64,000 bases of DNA from the human T2T-CHM13v2.0 reference genome, Homo sapiens: assembly GCF_009914755.1 (NCBI RefSeq), contig NC_060932.1; one strand, written 5' to 3'. Position 1 is the stretch's first letter. Each line of letters opens with the position of its first letter. This document shows positions 1-12,300 of the stretch, one piece after another. Under the pieces are notes generated by a model. It had not been told where the DNA came from. It did not search any database and saw only the letters and a list, made by a program, of their open reading frames with translations. The position numbers and the translations under genes are program-made.

Positions 1-229
1 GGAAACCCTAAATATGGAGAAAATAATGATGCAGCCCCTACTCCCACTAAGCACACGTACTTTACAAACTATTCATAGAATCAGTATAAAGTCTAACAAA
101 AATCTGATTTTTCCCATGATGACAACTTTAACATCTTCGAACTCTAAAATGTTGAATTATTCAAAAACTATTTCAGTAGCTCCATTTGCAGGCAGCCTCA
201 GTGTCTACTGAGAAACCCAACATTGCTGG

Positions 230-560
230 ACTTCATATCCAATGCAACTGCCTCCTTGACAGCTGCCTGAGCCTCCTTATTGGTGTCTCTACCTATACCT
301 TTCTCACCTCAAGTCTGCCCTTCACAGTGTTGTCAGAGTCATCTCCGCAAAAGCAGACCTGATTATGTTATTTCTCTTCATAAAACTCTTAACTTCTTAG
401 CAGGACACTCAAGGCCCTTCCAAAATTAGCAACAACATACCATTCTTGGATCATTTCCAGATGCTTCCCTCTTGCCCTGTCTCTTCCCCCCAGATCTCTA
501 ACCACAGCACTCACCACAGATGCCACATAATTTCCTATCTCCTGAATTCTTGTTACTTTC
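230..560 (+). mobile_element. L2 LINE fragment (degenerate)
   Basis: Resembles L2 3' region: 'cttcacagtgttgtcagagtcatctccgcaaaagcagacctgattatgtt...actcaaggcccttcc'. Confidence 0.5.
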
Positions 561-814
561 TTTACCTATTCCCGTTTCCCTTTCATTGGTATTGTTTTCT
601 CATTTCAATAATTTGCTAAAATTACTTTTAGTTATTCAATACCTTAACTGAATGTCTCTGTTTAAATCACTTCTAACCACTCACATTCACAGTGGAAGTA
701 ACTGCCTTTTTCGACTTTCTATGTAAGTTGGTTTTTAAACACATAAAGCCCGAATACCTTGTTTTGTGATTAGAGCCCATTTTTCTGCTACCTCTGAGTC
801 CTTTTAAGGACAAG

Positions 815-1360
815 AACCGTGTCTAACCGTCCACCCCTTCCTCCTTTCCAGGTCCTGTAGAACATAGCTGCGCCTGGAATTGAATGATCGTGTTTTCCGT
901 GCAGAGCTATCTGCCTTTGGACAGGAGGAGAACTCTCAGCACCATTCCCTTTCCACGGGAGCTTCTTTTTTCTCATTCTTTTTCTTGCCTCCCTCAACTC
1001 CCATCCTCTGTTCTGGGAGAAGGTGAAGCTGGCCTGACAGGCCTGAGGGAAGCCGGACGGAGGCACACTTGCCAGCTTTTAGTTGAGGGAGGCACCGCAG
1101 CAAGGCTCTCCAGTCCCTCCTTCCCTGGGAGCACCAGCTCTGATTCTAGTGGGCAGCTGCAGCTAAGACGAAGACAAATGAATCCAGAGACTTCTCTCGA
1201 GCTATGAGCCTGAGCCAAAGGCACAGCCCAGCTGTCCAGAGAGCTTTGTGACAGAACATGGGGGGCCAGCTGACAGGAACCGAGGCACTTTTAAATTTAG
1301 CACTTGTCCTCGCCCTTTCGGTTCACGATTTCTTGGAAGTTTCATTTGGAAAAAGAGGTG
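815..1360. promoter_or_regulatory. CpG-retaining promoter/enhancer-like segment with MEF2, E-box and MEIS motifs
   Basis: Non-repetitive, GC above flanks, ~15 CpGs in ~510 bp. CAGCTG at 1154, 1229, 1267; TGACAG at 1035, 1249, 1271; TTAAATTTAG (YTAWWWWTAR) at 1291-1300. Confidence 0.55.
1258..1357 (+). CDS. Candidate first coding exon, signal-peptide-like (MGGQLTGTEALLNLALVLALSVHDFLEVSFGKR + 1 nt)
   Basis: aacATGg Kozak (A at -3, G at +4), in-frame upstream TGA at 1249-1251, hydrophobic core ALLNLALVLALSV, donor GAG|GTGAGG after 1357 (phase 1). No downstream exon confirmed. Confidence 0.4.
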
Positions 1361-4300
1361 AGGGACAGAAGTAGAAGTTGGGAATTCTAGATCCCTTGAT
1401 TCTAGAATATTCTAAGATCTTCCAAACTAACCCTGATTCCTAAAAACAGAATAGGACAATCTTGTTTTCGGTATTGAGAATAGCAAATATAGAAATCCCT
1501 TAATTCTTTGACTTAGCTTAGCAGGTGCAATTAGTTCTATCCCTAAGCCTTCTTACCAGAAAATTTTCTAGTGTAAAATGATTGGATGGGATACCAATTG
1601 GGATGGGTGTGGTAATAGTAAAACCATATTCTTTAATAACTTTTTCTTATTTGTTTTCCTGGAATTTTGGTTGGCATTTTTTAATGAATTACATGCTTAT
1701 TTTTAAAAATTATTATGATGGAGAATTTTTGTTAGGCAGAATTTCAAATCTGTCATCTGCTGTTGACTCTTACTTTCACTACAAATTTACGAAGGTAGAG
1801 AGACCCAGTTCTTACTTAAGTTATATCTAACATAAAAATACAATTCTGTCCCAATCTGTTCATTTAAAGGGTAAATTTATAGCATCTGTTCAACTTTATA
1901 TGCTATCTCAAAATTGTCAACATTTTAAGCAAGGTGCTACCTAATTTTAATGGGTGCACAAGAGGGAAAAGTGGGTCATTGACTTCAAAGGCGAAACTAT
2001 AAGCTATTAATGGGCTACGTTGTGCTGAATTACAATCTCTTTTCTTGTTTCAAGTTAAAATTTTTAAGTGGCCACATGTTTGGCATTGTAATTGATACCA
2101 CAATGCTGCTGTTCCTTGACTCATTCATTCTCAAATGTATATATATATATATTCTTAGTTCACAAATTTCTATTTCTTTTACACAAGTTGCTATTTCTTG
2201 TAGTGTTCATGAACTGGGTATGCTGTCCTTTGTAATGAAAGACTACAGACTGCCATGAATAGTACCTTGGCTTCTTTTTTTACAGTGTGGAATGAGAGCA
2301 TTTATTATTGTTGCATTATTGTATTTTTGAATAAAAATCCCTATTCCCACTGTACCAAATCAAATGAGCTTGTGTTGAATTTTATTCATCAGAATTGTGG
2401 TTAATGCAGTCCTCAGCTATGGCACTAGTTAGGGCCTGCCCAGGACTGCTGAAGAGCTGGCTTTGTGATTTACCTGGCTCAGTATGTGATCAAGCATCTC
2501 CATTATTGGAATAAAATAAAAACTTTCAAGATCATGGTTGTGCAATAGAGAAAACAATTTTACCTCTGCACTAACACTCAAATGCTACACTAATCTACAG
2601 TAATTCTGTTATTGCATTTGGAAGCAATTCCTTCTATTCATTCAGAGATAACTGTTACAATACAATAGGCTGCCTCCTGCCTTTTCCCCTCAGTGAGCAA
2701 AATATGCTGTTCATTGCAAAGTAACCTAACAGTAGTAGGTTTACGTGTTTGTTTCTATGTGAATTAACGTGTGCATGAAGACCATCAGGAGGCTTGGTTT
2801 GTATTATGAGGCTATAGGAAAACATGTACATAGGCTACAGGACATTCCAACAAAATGTGCACGGGGAGGAGATTATGGCCTTCCTCAGATTTTAGTGAAA
2901 AATCTAATAAAAGATTCTTTGCCTCTAGTAGTCCCACCAGTGCAACTCTGGCTCAAGAATTGAGCAGCCTGGATGGTTTCAGTATCATTATGTAAAGGAA
3001 ATTATTTGTTAAACAAATATTGCACTTTCGTTCTCTATGTACCACTATGGATTTGACTCACTGATTTTTCTCTTTGTGTCTTAAGTTTAAACCTTGCTTC
3101 CGGATTTAAATCAATCACTCTAGGTAGAAGAAAATTAATTTTGTATAAGAAAATGACCAAAAGTCCCTTGCTACTTCCCATTCTTAATTGGAATGTTTGA
3201 TGTTAACATTTATACACCAAAAAACACTCCCTTCCATGCCTGCCTGTAAACTGATACTTAATAATTTCAAACTATATCCTTACTGTCCACCTAGAATGAG
3301 GAACAGATAGTAGTTTAATAGATGACAACAAATATGAGATACATATATTAATTTACCAGTGCTTCTATTTTTCTTTTATCATCATGTTTTTCTAATTTTC
3401 TGTTTTCTCCATCTTCTCTGCCAACTCCATTATGGGATGCTTTCTTTTAAAATACGATTGGCCACTCTGACCTTTACTCTAATTAAACAAAGCAGATCAT
3501 CTAGAAGTGACAGATTATTTTACAGTTGGCATCATTGGGTCTCTTAGTTAAAAATCCCTGTTACATGTTAAACATTTAGGCTCGGAATGTGATTCCTGTC
3601 ACTGAATGGTGTCAACTTTCACACAAACAAGCTAAAATAAACACGAACGATGTAAAGCTTATAGCTAGAGAAATCAACAGTATCTGGGGAATGTAAAAAA
3701 GGAGGAATTGAGTATCCACAGCCAAAAGAATTCAAGGCATGAAAATCCCAGGCTAATCACCCTAGACATCTTTGCTTGATTTGATTAAAACATATGTTTT
3801 GAATGATGCTTCGATTTAAAAATAGTAGCAAGTCAAAGTACAACTCAATGCCTCTCGAAGTTGGGGAAATGAGGTCACAATAATTACTCAAAAAGAGCCA
3901 GTGGAGGATAAAAGTGCCTACTTTTCCGTCCCTACCTTTGACTTTCCTAAGAGTGTCATGGCATGTAATAGCAGTTTCTGAAGTGAGATGACATCACCAT
4001 ATTTAATGCAACAAAAAGGGAAGGGGTTTTGCATACATTTACAATAATAAGGATAGTGTGTTTATTTTGTATGCAATGTGAAACCAAAGAACATTACTGA
4101 CTTTTAGAGGCTTTGTTTTATAGGATAAAAACAATCAGATTTCTTTCCTGTCTGTATGAGTATCTTAAATCCTTCAATTTTGCTGCAAAGCTTTAGATTA
4201 AGTGCTGAGTGACATCCATGTGCCAAAAGTTGTGCCATATTAATATTCAAAGAAAGAACAAAGTAATGAGACTTAATGTAAGTATTAAAAATATTCTGTG

Positions 4301-4925
4301 TGCGTATCCTTTTTTAATGTTATTCACACATAACCAAAATACATTTCCCTATCCTTTAGTAGTAGTGGCTGTTTCTTTGCATATATCTTTATACGTAATT
4401 TCCCTTTTTCTTTTAAGACTATGGTTCTAAAAGGAGAGGTAAAGGAGGTCCAAAGTTATGAGAACAGAAGTAAATACATGGAGGTAGAATGTGGTGCGGT
4501 AAGCTAGCAAATTGTGTAATATGCCACACAGGCTTCTATCCTAAATGCCTGACATTCTTCCTTTTGAACACCTCTTGTACAAATGAAAGAGAGCAGGAGA
4601 GACAGGATCTTCTCTTTAGGAATACCATTACAATGCTTGGCTCAATTTCCTGCCTCCCCCTTTTCACCCCACCCCAACTTTCTAGTTAGGAAAGTTGTAG
4701 CTTTTAAGTCATGCTTGAATACTCAAGGAGACAAGTTCAGAGGATTCTCTTGTGACTTTGTAGCTTCTCAGCTTGAGCTGATATTAGGTATCCCTGACTG
4801 CTGTCAGCCTTAGAAGATCCGTCATCCAGTCCTCACCTCCTGGATGAAACGCCATTGGGTGTAGCTTTGAAAACCACATTGCTTTATGTTCTCAACATTG
4901 GACTTGCTCCCCACACATGGCTGTC

Positions 4926-5192
4926 AGCATTATGCTCATTCTCTGAAAACCACGTATTCTAAAGGATTTCTCACTAACATGAAGGCCCAAAGCAATGAAC
5001 AATATTAAAAATGTTGCTTTTCCTACCTTTATAGGTGTCACTGCATATGTAAATATAACTTTCCTAACAAAATTTTTTGAGGGAACCATCTGAAATAATA
5101 TGGAAATGTTCATATGAGATCATATGTTGAGCCCCTTTTCTTTTCCTCTGGTATTTTGACATCAATATCCAAAGTAAATCTATACTTTTTAA
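4926..5192 (+). repeat. Local direct duplication, copy 1 (donor)
   Basis: Aligns with 5845-6110 at roughly 80% identity by eye; 34-bp exact match 4955-4988 = 5874-5907. Confidence 0.9.
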
Positions 5193-5844
5193 TTCAGTTT
5201 ATTAATTCAGGTTTTTGCATACACAGCAAATTATTTTTATTAATTATCTTTTTTTGAATACAAAACTTTTGACAACTATAAAGACACTGATGTATTGAAA
5301 AAATTATTTTGGCTAGTGCTAAAATTATTTGTAAGAACCAGATTATTTTAGACACCAAATCTTTTTAGGGGAGAGGTTTTAAATTCAAAATTCTGGTTGA
5401 AACGTACAAGGTAGATGAAAGGAAGAGTAACCCTAAGTGGATTTCTTCTCTCCATTTTTGAGTGAAGGTGACAGAGGAATCAGGTCTTCAACTCTCAGAG
5501 AACAGGGATATTCTAATTTGCTGATTTTTTTGACATTATGATAAGCCAGGTTTGAGGAGGTAAACCTGCTACCTGTGTATGCTAGCCATCACTGAGCACG
5601 AATGACCTGATTCATTCAATGTGAGTGTATCTGGTGACACTCACTCACTGTCCTGATAAACACTGTTCTCGCATGAAAGAACACTGAGAGGAAAAGCTAA
5701 AACGTCTGCAGTAGTTTCCAAGAGGAGTATGTTTTTCTCTTTTTCTAGTATAATGCCTAACATGTGCTGAGCATCACATGGGGACAGATCTCAGGTTTTG
5801 AGATGTCTAAAGCTATCCCATTGGGATAATCTTTTTAAGAAAAA

Positions 5845-6110
5845 AGCATTAAGCTCATGCTCTAAAAGCCATATATTCTAAAGGATTTCTCACTAACATG
5901 AAGGCCCCAAGAAATGAACAATATAAAAAAGGTTGCTTTTCCTATCTTTGTATCACTTCATATGTAAATGTAAGTTCTGTAGCAAAGTTTTCCTGGGGAA
6001 CTCTCTGAAAATAATATAAAAATGTTCTCATGGGATCATATGTTTATCACTTTTTCCTTTTCTCTGATATATTTTACATTAATATCCAAAATAAACCTTT
6101 ATCCTTTTAA
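5845..6110 (+). repeat. Local direct duplication, copy 2 (inserted in DNA transposon)
   Basis: Copy of 4926-5192, bracketed by ttttaagaaaaaag at 5833-5846 and 6105-6118. Confidence 0.9.
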
Positions 6111-6322
6111 GAAAAAAGATCACAAAATTAACAAATATTATTATTAATTTTTATTTTGCATGAGAAAAAGAAATCACAACAAATTATACATTTTAAAGAT
6201 CTCACAAATGTCACAAACACCACAAAATTCAGAAAAATAGCATAATATTTTTATCAATTAACTGCCTGTCATACCGCTATAATATTTCTTTGTATTTTGG
6301 TTGCCCTCTTTGAGTGTTCCTT

Positions 6323-6752
6323 TGAGATGGTTTGGCTCTGTGTCCCCACCCAAATCTCAAGTTGAATTGTGATCCCTAGTATTGGAGGTGGGGCCTGGGG
6401 GTGACCCCAAAAGTGGTGACTGGATCATGGGGGTGATGACTGGATCATGGGGGTGGTGGTTTCTGATGGTTTAGTGCCATCCCCTTGGTGTTGTCTCATG
6501 ATGGAGTTCTCATGAGATCTTGTTGTTTAAAAGTGTGTGGCACTTCCCCCTTCACACTCTCTTTCATGCTTTACCATGTGAACAAGGTGCTTGCTTCCCC
6601 TTCTCCTTCTTCTATGATTGTAATTTCCTGAGTCCTCCCCAGCCATGCTTCCTATACAGAATGCAGAACCATGAGGCAATTAAAACACTTTTCTTTTAAA
6701 ATTACCCAGTCTCAGGTAATTCTATATAGCAGTGTGAGAACAGACAAATACA
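6323..6752 (+). mobile_element. MaLR solo LTR (MSTA-like)
   Basis: TG...CA ends; 'tgagatggtttggctctgtgtccccacccaaatctc', 'aattacccagtctcaggta...agcagtgtgagaacagacaaataca'. Confidence 0.9.
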
Positions 6753-7527
6753 CTCATCTTGAACAATGTGATGTCATTTTCTGCAGAGAATAGAAAGATG
6801 ATTCTGCTTTTCATATAGGGTGGTTGATTGAAATGTATTGTTACTGTTTTTCTATTACTGATAGTTGACAACATTTTTTTAGGTTCAAAATCACTGCAGT
6901 AACATAATACACATTTTTATGGGGAACCTGTATCAATTTTATTTGACATATGAGCTATAAGATCCATAAGGATTTTCCACAGATGAGATTCTGGCCCTGT
7001 GCCTTTGTTTTCCTCCATTACCCACTTCCATCTTGGTGACAAAAATTGTAGGACATATCTCTTTTGCAGTCAGTCTCTGTCCCTGCACCATTTCCTCATG
7101 ACACAGCGTGAATTAGGCAGTTTGTAACACGAGCATTCCTAGAAGCCATTCAGATACCAGGACAACTGGAAGCATCTTACCAAGAAGTTAGTGTGACATT
7201 GAGATTCTTCTCTGGGTCTCAGGCCACTTGTGGCCCCTAGATAAAGCAGTTAAAATGTATCAGTTTAAATTTCTGCAGTTGCTCCAATGCTGCCCAACAT
7301 AAGGAGAAGGAGCTGAAAGGGAAATTGGAGTGGAAAAAGATAATAGTCTTGGCCAATCAGAGTTAAAATACTTTACTTTTGCAAACTTTACAAAACACCA
7401 CATGAACAGGGCTTCCTCCTAAGGCTTTGGGTGGGCCCGTGCAAGTGAGGCATCCTGAAGTTTAAGCCTTACCACTTTGATGTTAAATCCATATTTGGGG
7501 CCAAATGCTATTTTACAACTTTTATAT

Positions 7528-9212
7528 GCAATTTATTTATTTATTTAGATATAACTCACATACTATAAATTTCATCATGTTAAAATCTATAATTCAGTAT
7601 ACATTAGTATAAGATTGTGTCACCGTCACCACTATAGAATTCCAAACATTTCCAACACCTCTAAAAGAAATGCTGCACTGGTAGCAGTCACTCCTTACTC
7701 TCCGTTAGCCGCAGCCCCTGTCAATCATGAATCTGCTACTATTTCTATGGATATGCTCATTCAGGACATTTCATATGGATCATGTAATATTTGGCCTTTT
7801 GTTTTGGTTGGCTTCTTTCACTTAGAATGCTTTCAAGGTTTATCCATGTTGTTGCATGCATTAATGTTTCAATCCTTTTTGAGCCCAAATAATATTCCAT
7901 TGTATTGATATACCAGGTTTTATTGTTCTACTCCTCTGTTCATGAATATTTGTGTTGTTTTCCACTCTGGCTATTATCTACAGTACTGCTGTGAACATTT
8001 GTATCCAAGTTTTTGCGTGGATATATATGTTCAGTTCTCCTGAGTATATACTTAGAAATGGAATTGCTGGGTCATATGGCAACTCTATGTCTAGTTTTTT
8101 AAGGAACTGCCAAACTGTTTTCTTAAGTATCTGTGCTATTTCCTATACCTACCTACAGTGAATGAGAGTTTGAGTTTCTCCATATTCTTACCAACACTTT
8201 TTATATTCTGTCATTTTTTATCATAGCCTTCCTAGTGGGTATGAAATTCCATTTCAGTGTGGTTTTGATTTGCATTTCCCTAATGATTAATGATATTGGA
8301 GCATCTTTTCATGTATTTTATTTGCTATTTGTGTATTTTCTTTGGAAAACGTCTATTCAAATATTTGTGTTAATTTCTAATTGAGTTACTAATCTACTTA
8401 TTGAGTTAGAAAAGCTCTTTATATATTCTAATACTATTCTCTTATCAGGTATAGGATTTGCAAATATTGTCTCCCACATGAGTCGTTTTTCACTTTCTTG
8501 AGAAGCTACAAGTCTTGTACTTCTTTGTTATATTTATTCCTAAGTATTTTTTTGATGCAATTGTAAATGGAATTTGTTTTTAAATTTTGTTTTTATATTA
8601 TTCACTGCCTGTATATAGAAATGAATTGATTTTTTATGTGGTTCTTGTATCTTTTAAGATTGCTGAACTGACTTATTAGCTATAATAGTTTTGGAATTTT
8701 TTACATAGAAATTCCTTAGGATTTTCTCTATACAAGATCATGTCATCTACAAACAGATAATTTTGTTTTTTCTTTCCAATCTGGTTGCTTTACATTTCTT
8801 TCTCCTGTCTAATTTTCCCAACCTTGTGTTTCTGGGATAAATTTCACTTGGTCATGGTGTATATACTACTTTATATGTCACCAGATCAGTGTACTAGTAT
8901 TTTCTTGAGAAGTTTTATGTCTATATATATATAGCTTTCTTTCTTGTAATGTGTCTTTCTGTCTTTGGTTTTGAAAATGAGTTGAGAGGAGCTTCCTTGT
9001 TTTCTTTCTTTTTTTTTTTTTTTTGAGTTGTGAATAATTGGAGTTAATTCTTTTTTAACTGTTTGGTAGAACTCAGCAGTGAAGCCATCTGGTCCTGGGT
9101 TTTTCTTTGTGGAAAGTTCTCGGTTACTAATTTAATCACTTTTTTTTGTTATGAGTCTATTGTGATTATTTCCTCTTGTATCATTTTTGGTAATTTCTAT
9201 CTTTCTAAGAAT
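7528..9212 (-). mobile_element. Old L1 (L1MB-like) 3' UTR and ORF2 fragments
   Basis: Antisense L1 hallmarks 'ggaattgctgggtcatatggcaactctatg', 'gtggttttgatttgcatttccctaatg', 'gtgaagccatctggtcctgg'. Confidence 0.85.
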
Positions 9213-9944
9213 GTTCTCCCCACAGTGCTACAATTTTCATCACAAAGTGTAACATCTCTGTCATAGCCCGGAGGCGAATCCCACACCTCTGGATACTTTC
9301 TCAGAGGTCCCCAGGGGCCTGAAACCAAGGGAAGACTCTCCTGTAACACTAAACTGAACTCTGCTTCCCAGCTCTCTGCTGGAACAATGTTATTTGAAAA
9401 CTACAAAGTGGAGGATGGCGAAATCTGGAGAACTAGCATATTTATTCCATTTGTATTCTTTAAATTTGTACATTTATTAGAACATCATTTTCATATATTT
9501 TAAATTCAAACTTTAAATTTTATTTTCTTAATGTATTTTCTTACGCTTACTTAATTTTTACTTCACATAATTTCACTCATGACATTTTAGCTTTTTATTG
9601 TCTTATACTTGTCATATTTTCTTTTCAAATCTTGGGGTATTTTATTAAGTAGAATTAATGGCAAATTTTATAATAGTTTATATTTTTATATTATCTTAAA
9701 GTTTACCTTAAATAATGTCTTCTCATATTTTAAGTGCCCCCCTTTTTTTAGAATGTTGCATATGCTCAGATAATGCCAAAACAAAAAGAACAAGCCACAG
9801 TTTCCAACTTTAAGAGGTTTGCTCTGTTAGTAAGTGTTTCAATTGTTCTTTACATTTCCATTTCTAACTTTCATTCCTACAGTTTTTTTTATTATTCTCA
9901 ATTTATCAGCGATGTTGTATATTAATAAACGATAACATTTTTGA

Positions 9945-10140
9945 TACTTACTAACATGCTGGGTACCTTGCTTAGCCTGTTTCATAATTGAGCTCTATAT
10001 ATTATCATGACTTAGATAATATTACCATGACTTTTATTTTGCAGATGATGAAATTAAGTTCCCAGAAATACAAGTAAATTGGCAAAGGTTATAATAGCAA
10101 CTAAGAATCAAATCTGAGATGCAAAGTTGCTCTTAACCAA
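9945..10140 (-). mobile_element. MIR fragment
   Basis: 'attttgcagatgatgaaattaag...gtaaattggcaaaggtta...ctcttaacca' MIR core. Confidence 0.55.
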
Positions 10141-10501
10141 CACACTTTTCTAATTAACATTTAATCTTAAAGCCAAGTATGGTTAACTTCTTAAACCTAA
10201 TTTCAAAGACATTCTGTACCAGACAGCAACAGGCAGATCAATGCTAGAATTCTTAAAAATAAACGTGTCTTGGCTTGTAGTAATGTTATGTCAAGTGAGA
10301 TGGGGCATAAATATTTTTGATTCAGACAACCTAAATCACATTATAAGCAATTTTCCTTAAACAATGTGTTTCCAAATCTGTTACATATTTTTTGTTACAT
10401 ATTTAAATTCATGGTGTTCAGGCAAAATAACTAGTTCATATAGAGCTAGTCTTCCATAATTCAACTTCCCATGAACATTCTCCTCTTAAAAACTAAGCTA
10501 T

Positions 10502-10803
<302 letters not shown>

Positions 10804-10949
10804 CTAAGCAACTTGGCCAGGGATCCAAACATGATATAATTAATAGCACTGCTATTTAAGTAAAATATCTCTGTGCAAAACATAAGAGGACAGAAACAAC
10901 AAGTCTATACTTTCAACTCCAACTTATACCCTGAAGTCTAAAGCAACAC

Positions 10950-11640
10950 TTATAAACCCATCTATATCTACGTCTAACCAATCTCATCCCTAACCAATCT
11001 CTTCCTCTTCATCCAAATGTTTTCCTTTTTCTGTAATCATTGTTTCAGCGACTAGCATGGCCATCCACCCAGCACCCAAGCCAGAAAACTGGAAACCATG
11101 GACACTTCTTGTTTATATTTTATCTCCACTAAAATCCCTCCTGCTAAACACATTCAATCAACCTGTGTCCTTTCGATTCATACTCTCAAACAGGTCTTAT
11201 TTCATTCATACTTTTTATTGCCACAGTTATTGCCCTATTTTGAGGCTTGCTTTGCTTCAGGCTGTTCTTTCTATTCCTCTGTCTCTTCAGAGTCTAACCT
11301 TCAAATTTGCCTTTCTCTCAACTCCATTCATTCTCTGCACTGCTGCCATGATAACCCTTTTTTTTTTTTTTCCAGAATCTTTGTCACCCAGGCTGGAGTG
11401 CAGTGACACAATCTTGGCTCACTGCGACCTCCGCCTCCCAGGTTCAAGCAATTCTCCTGCCTCAGCCTCCCGAGAAGCTGGCATTATAAGCGTGAGCCAC
11501 CGCGCCTGGCCAAAATCTTTTAAAAATTCAAATCTGCTCAAACAAAATTGTCAAATCTGATAGACGACATTAAGAATTCTTAGCATGGCTTATACAGCCA
11601 ACTCTAGTTTGGTCTCCAGTTGACTATCTACCCTCACTAT
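10950..11640 (+). mobile_element. L2 fragment (interrupted by Alu monomer)
   Basis: 'catggccatccacccagcacccaagccagaaaactgg', 'ccattcattctctgcactgctgcc', 'ttagcatggcttatac'. Confidence 0.6.
11358..11511 (-). mobile_element. Alu monomer (left-arm 5' end fused to AluS right arm)
   Basis: Poly-T, right-arm 'ggttcaagcaattctcctgcctcagcctcc' running directly into 'gcgtgagccaccgcgcctggcc'. Confidence 0.9.
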
Positions 11641-12199
11641 TTCTTGCTTTCATAAATGGGGGTTAATGTAAGAACTTTTACATTGTTAAAGTCTTCAAGC
11701 TGTAACCACTTGTAAGGATGAATGGGGTTATACTCTTAATAATCAATTGTATTTTATAAATCTATGTTCACACATGCTAATTTCTATTCCTTCTAAAAAC
11801 CTCACTCAATGTGAGTTTTTTTGTGTGTCCTTGGGACTGTTTCATGTGAGCTCATGAACATTCTTCTTGGCCATGGCTGCTATCTAGAAACAACTCTATT
11901 GTTCTTATCTTTCCTACTGGGAAAGTTCTTTTGTCCATATCAAGAATTTCATGATGTTTCCCACTCTGCCACAGAGATTCAAGTCAGGTCTGGGACCTCT
12001 AATCTTATTCTATAATACGAGATTGTATTTTTATCAGATTAATTCTCCAGTTTTCTTTATTTCTTCTTTTAAAAAATCCCTCTAGGAAACTACTCTTCCC
12101 TCCTCATTCTTTTTGGGGAACCTCTTTGTGCACCCTATTAAGACCTGTAACTTAGTTTGCATATTCATTTACAGTCTTAATCATTTCACTCCCTATTTC

Positions 12200-12300
12200 T
12201 TGATTTCACCATAAAGTTTCCAGGGTGGACACCCTATTCGTATTTTCAGCATCTACCACAGTGCCTGGAACACAGAATATACTCAAATGTTTGTTAAGTA
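12200..12300 (+). mobile_element. L2 3' end
   Basis: 'cacagtgcctggaacacagaatatactcaaatgtttgttaa'. Confidence 0.55.

Larger units (their letters stand above)
5780..7497 (+). mobile_element. hAT-Tip100 DNA transposon relic (Zaphod-like), interrupted by the duplication and an MSTA LTR
   Basis: Start 'gggacagatctcaggttttg...ctaaagcta...tttaagaaaaa'; interior 'gagaaaaagaaatcacaacaaatt...aattaactgcctg'; end 'cctgaagtttaagcctt...gttaaatccatatttg'. All resemble the recalled Zaphod consensus. Confidence 0.6.

Noticed and set aside
788-1224. ORFs 788-1066(-), 884-1207(+), 994-1224(-)
   Set aside because: Overlapping ORFs expected in a GC-richer patch; no recognisable protein features or good start context
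11057-11560. 167-aa ORF
   Set aside because: Runs through L2 and antisense Alu sequence; the C-terminus is a typical Alu translation
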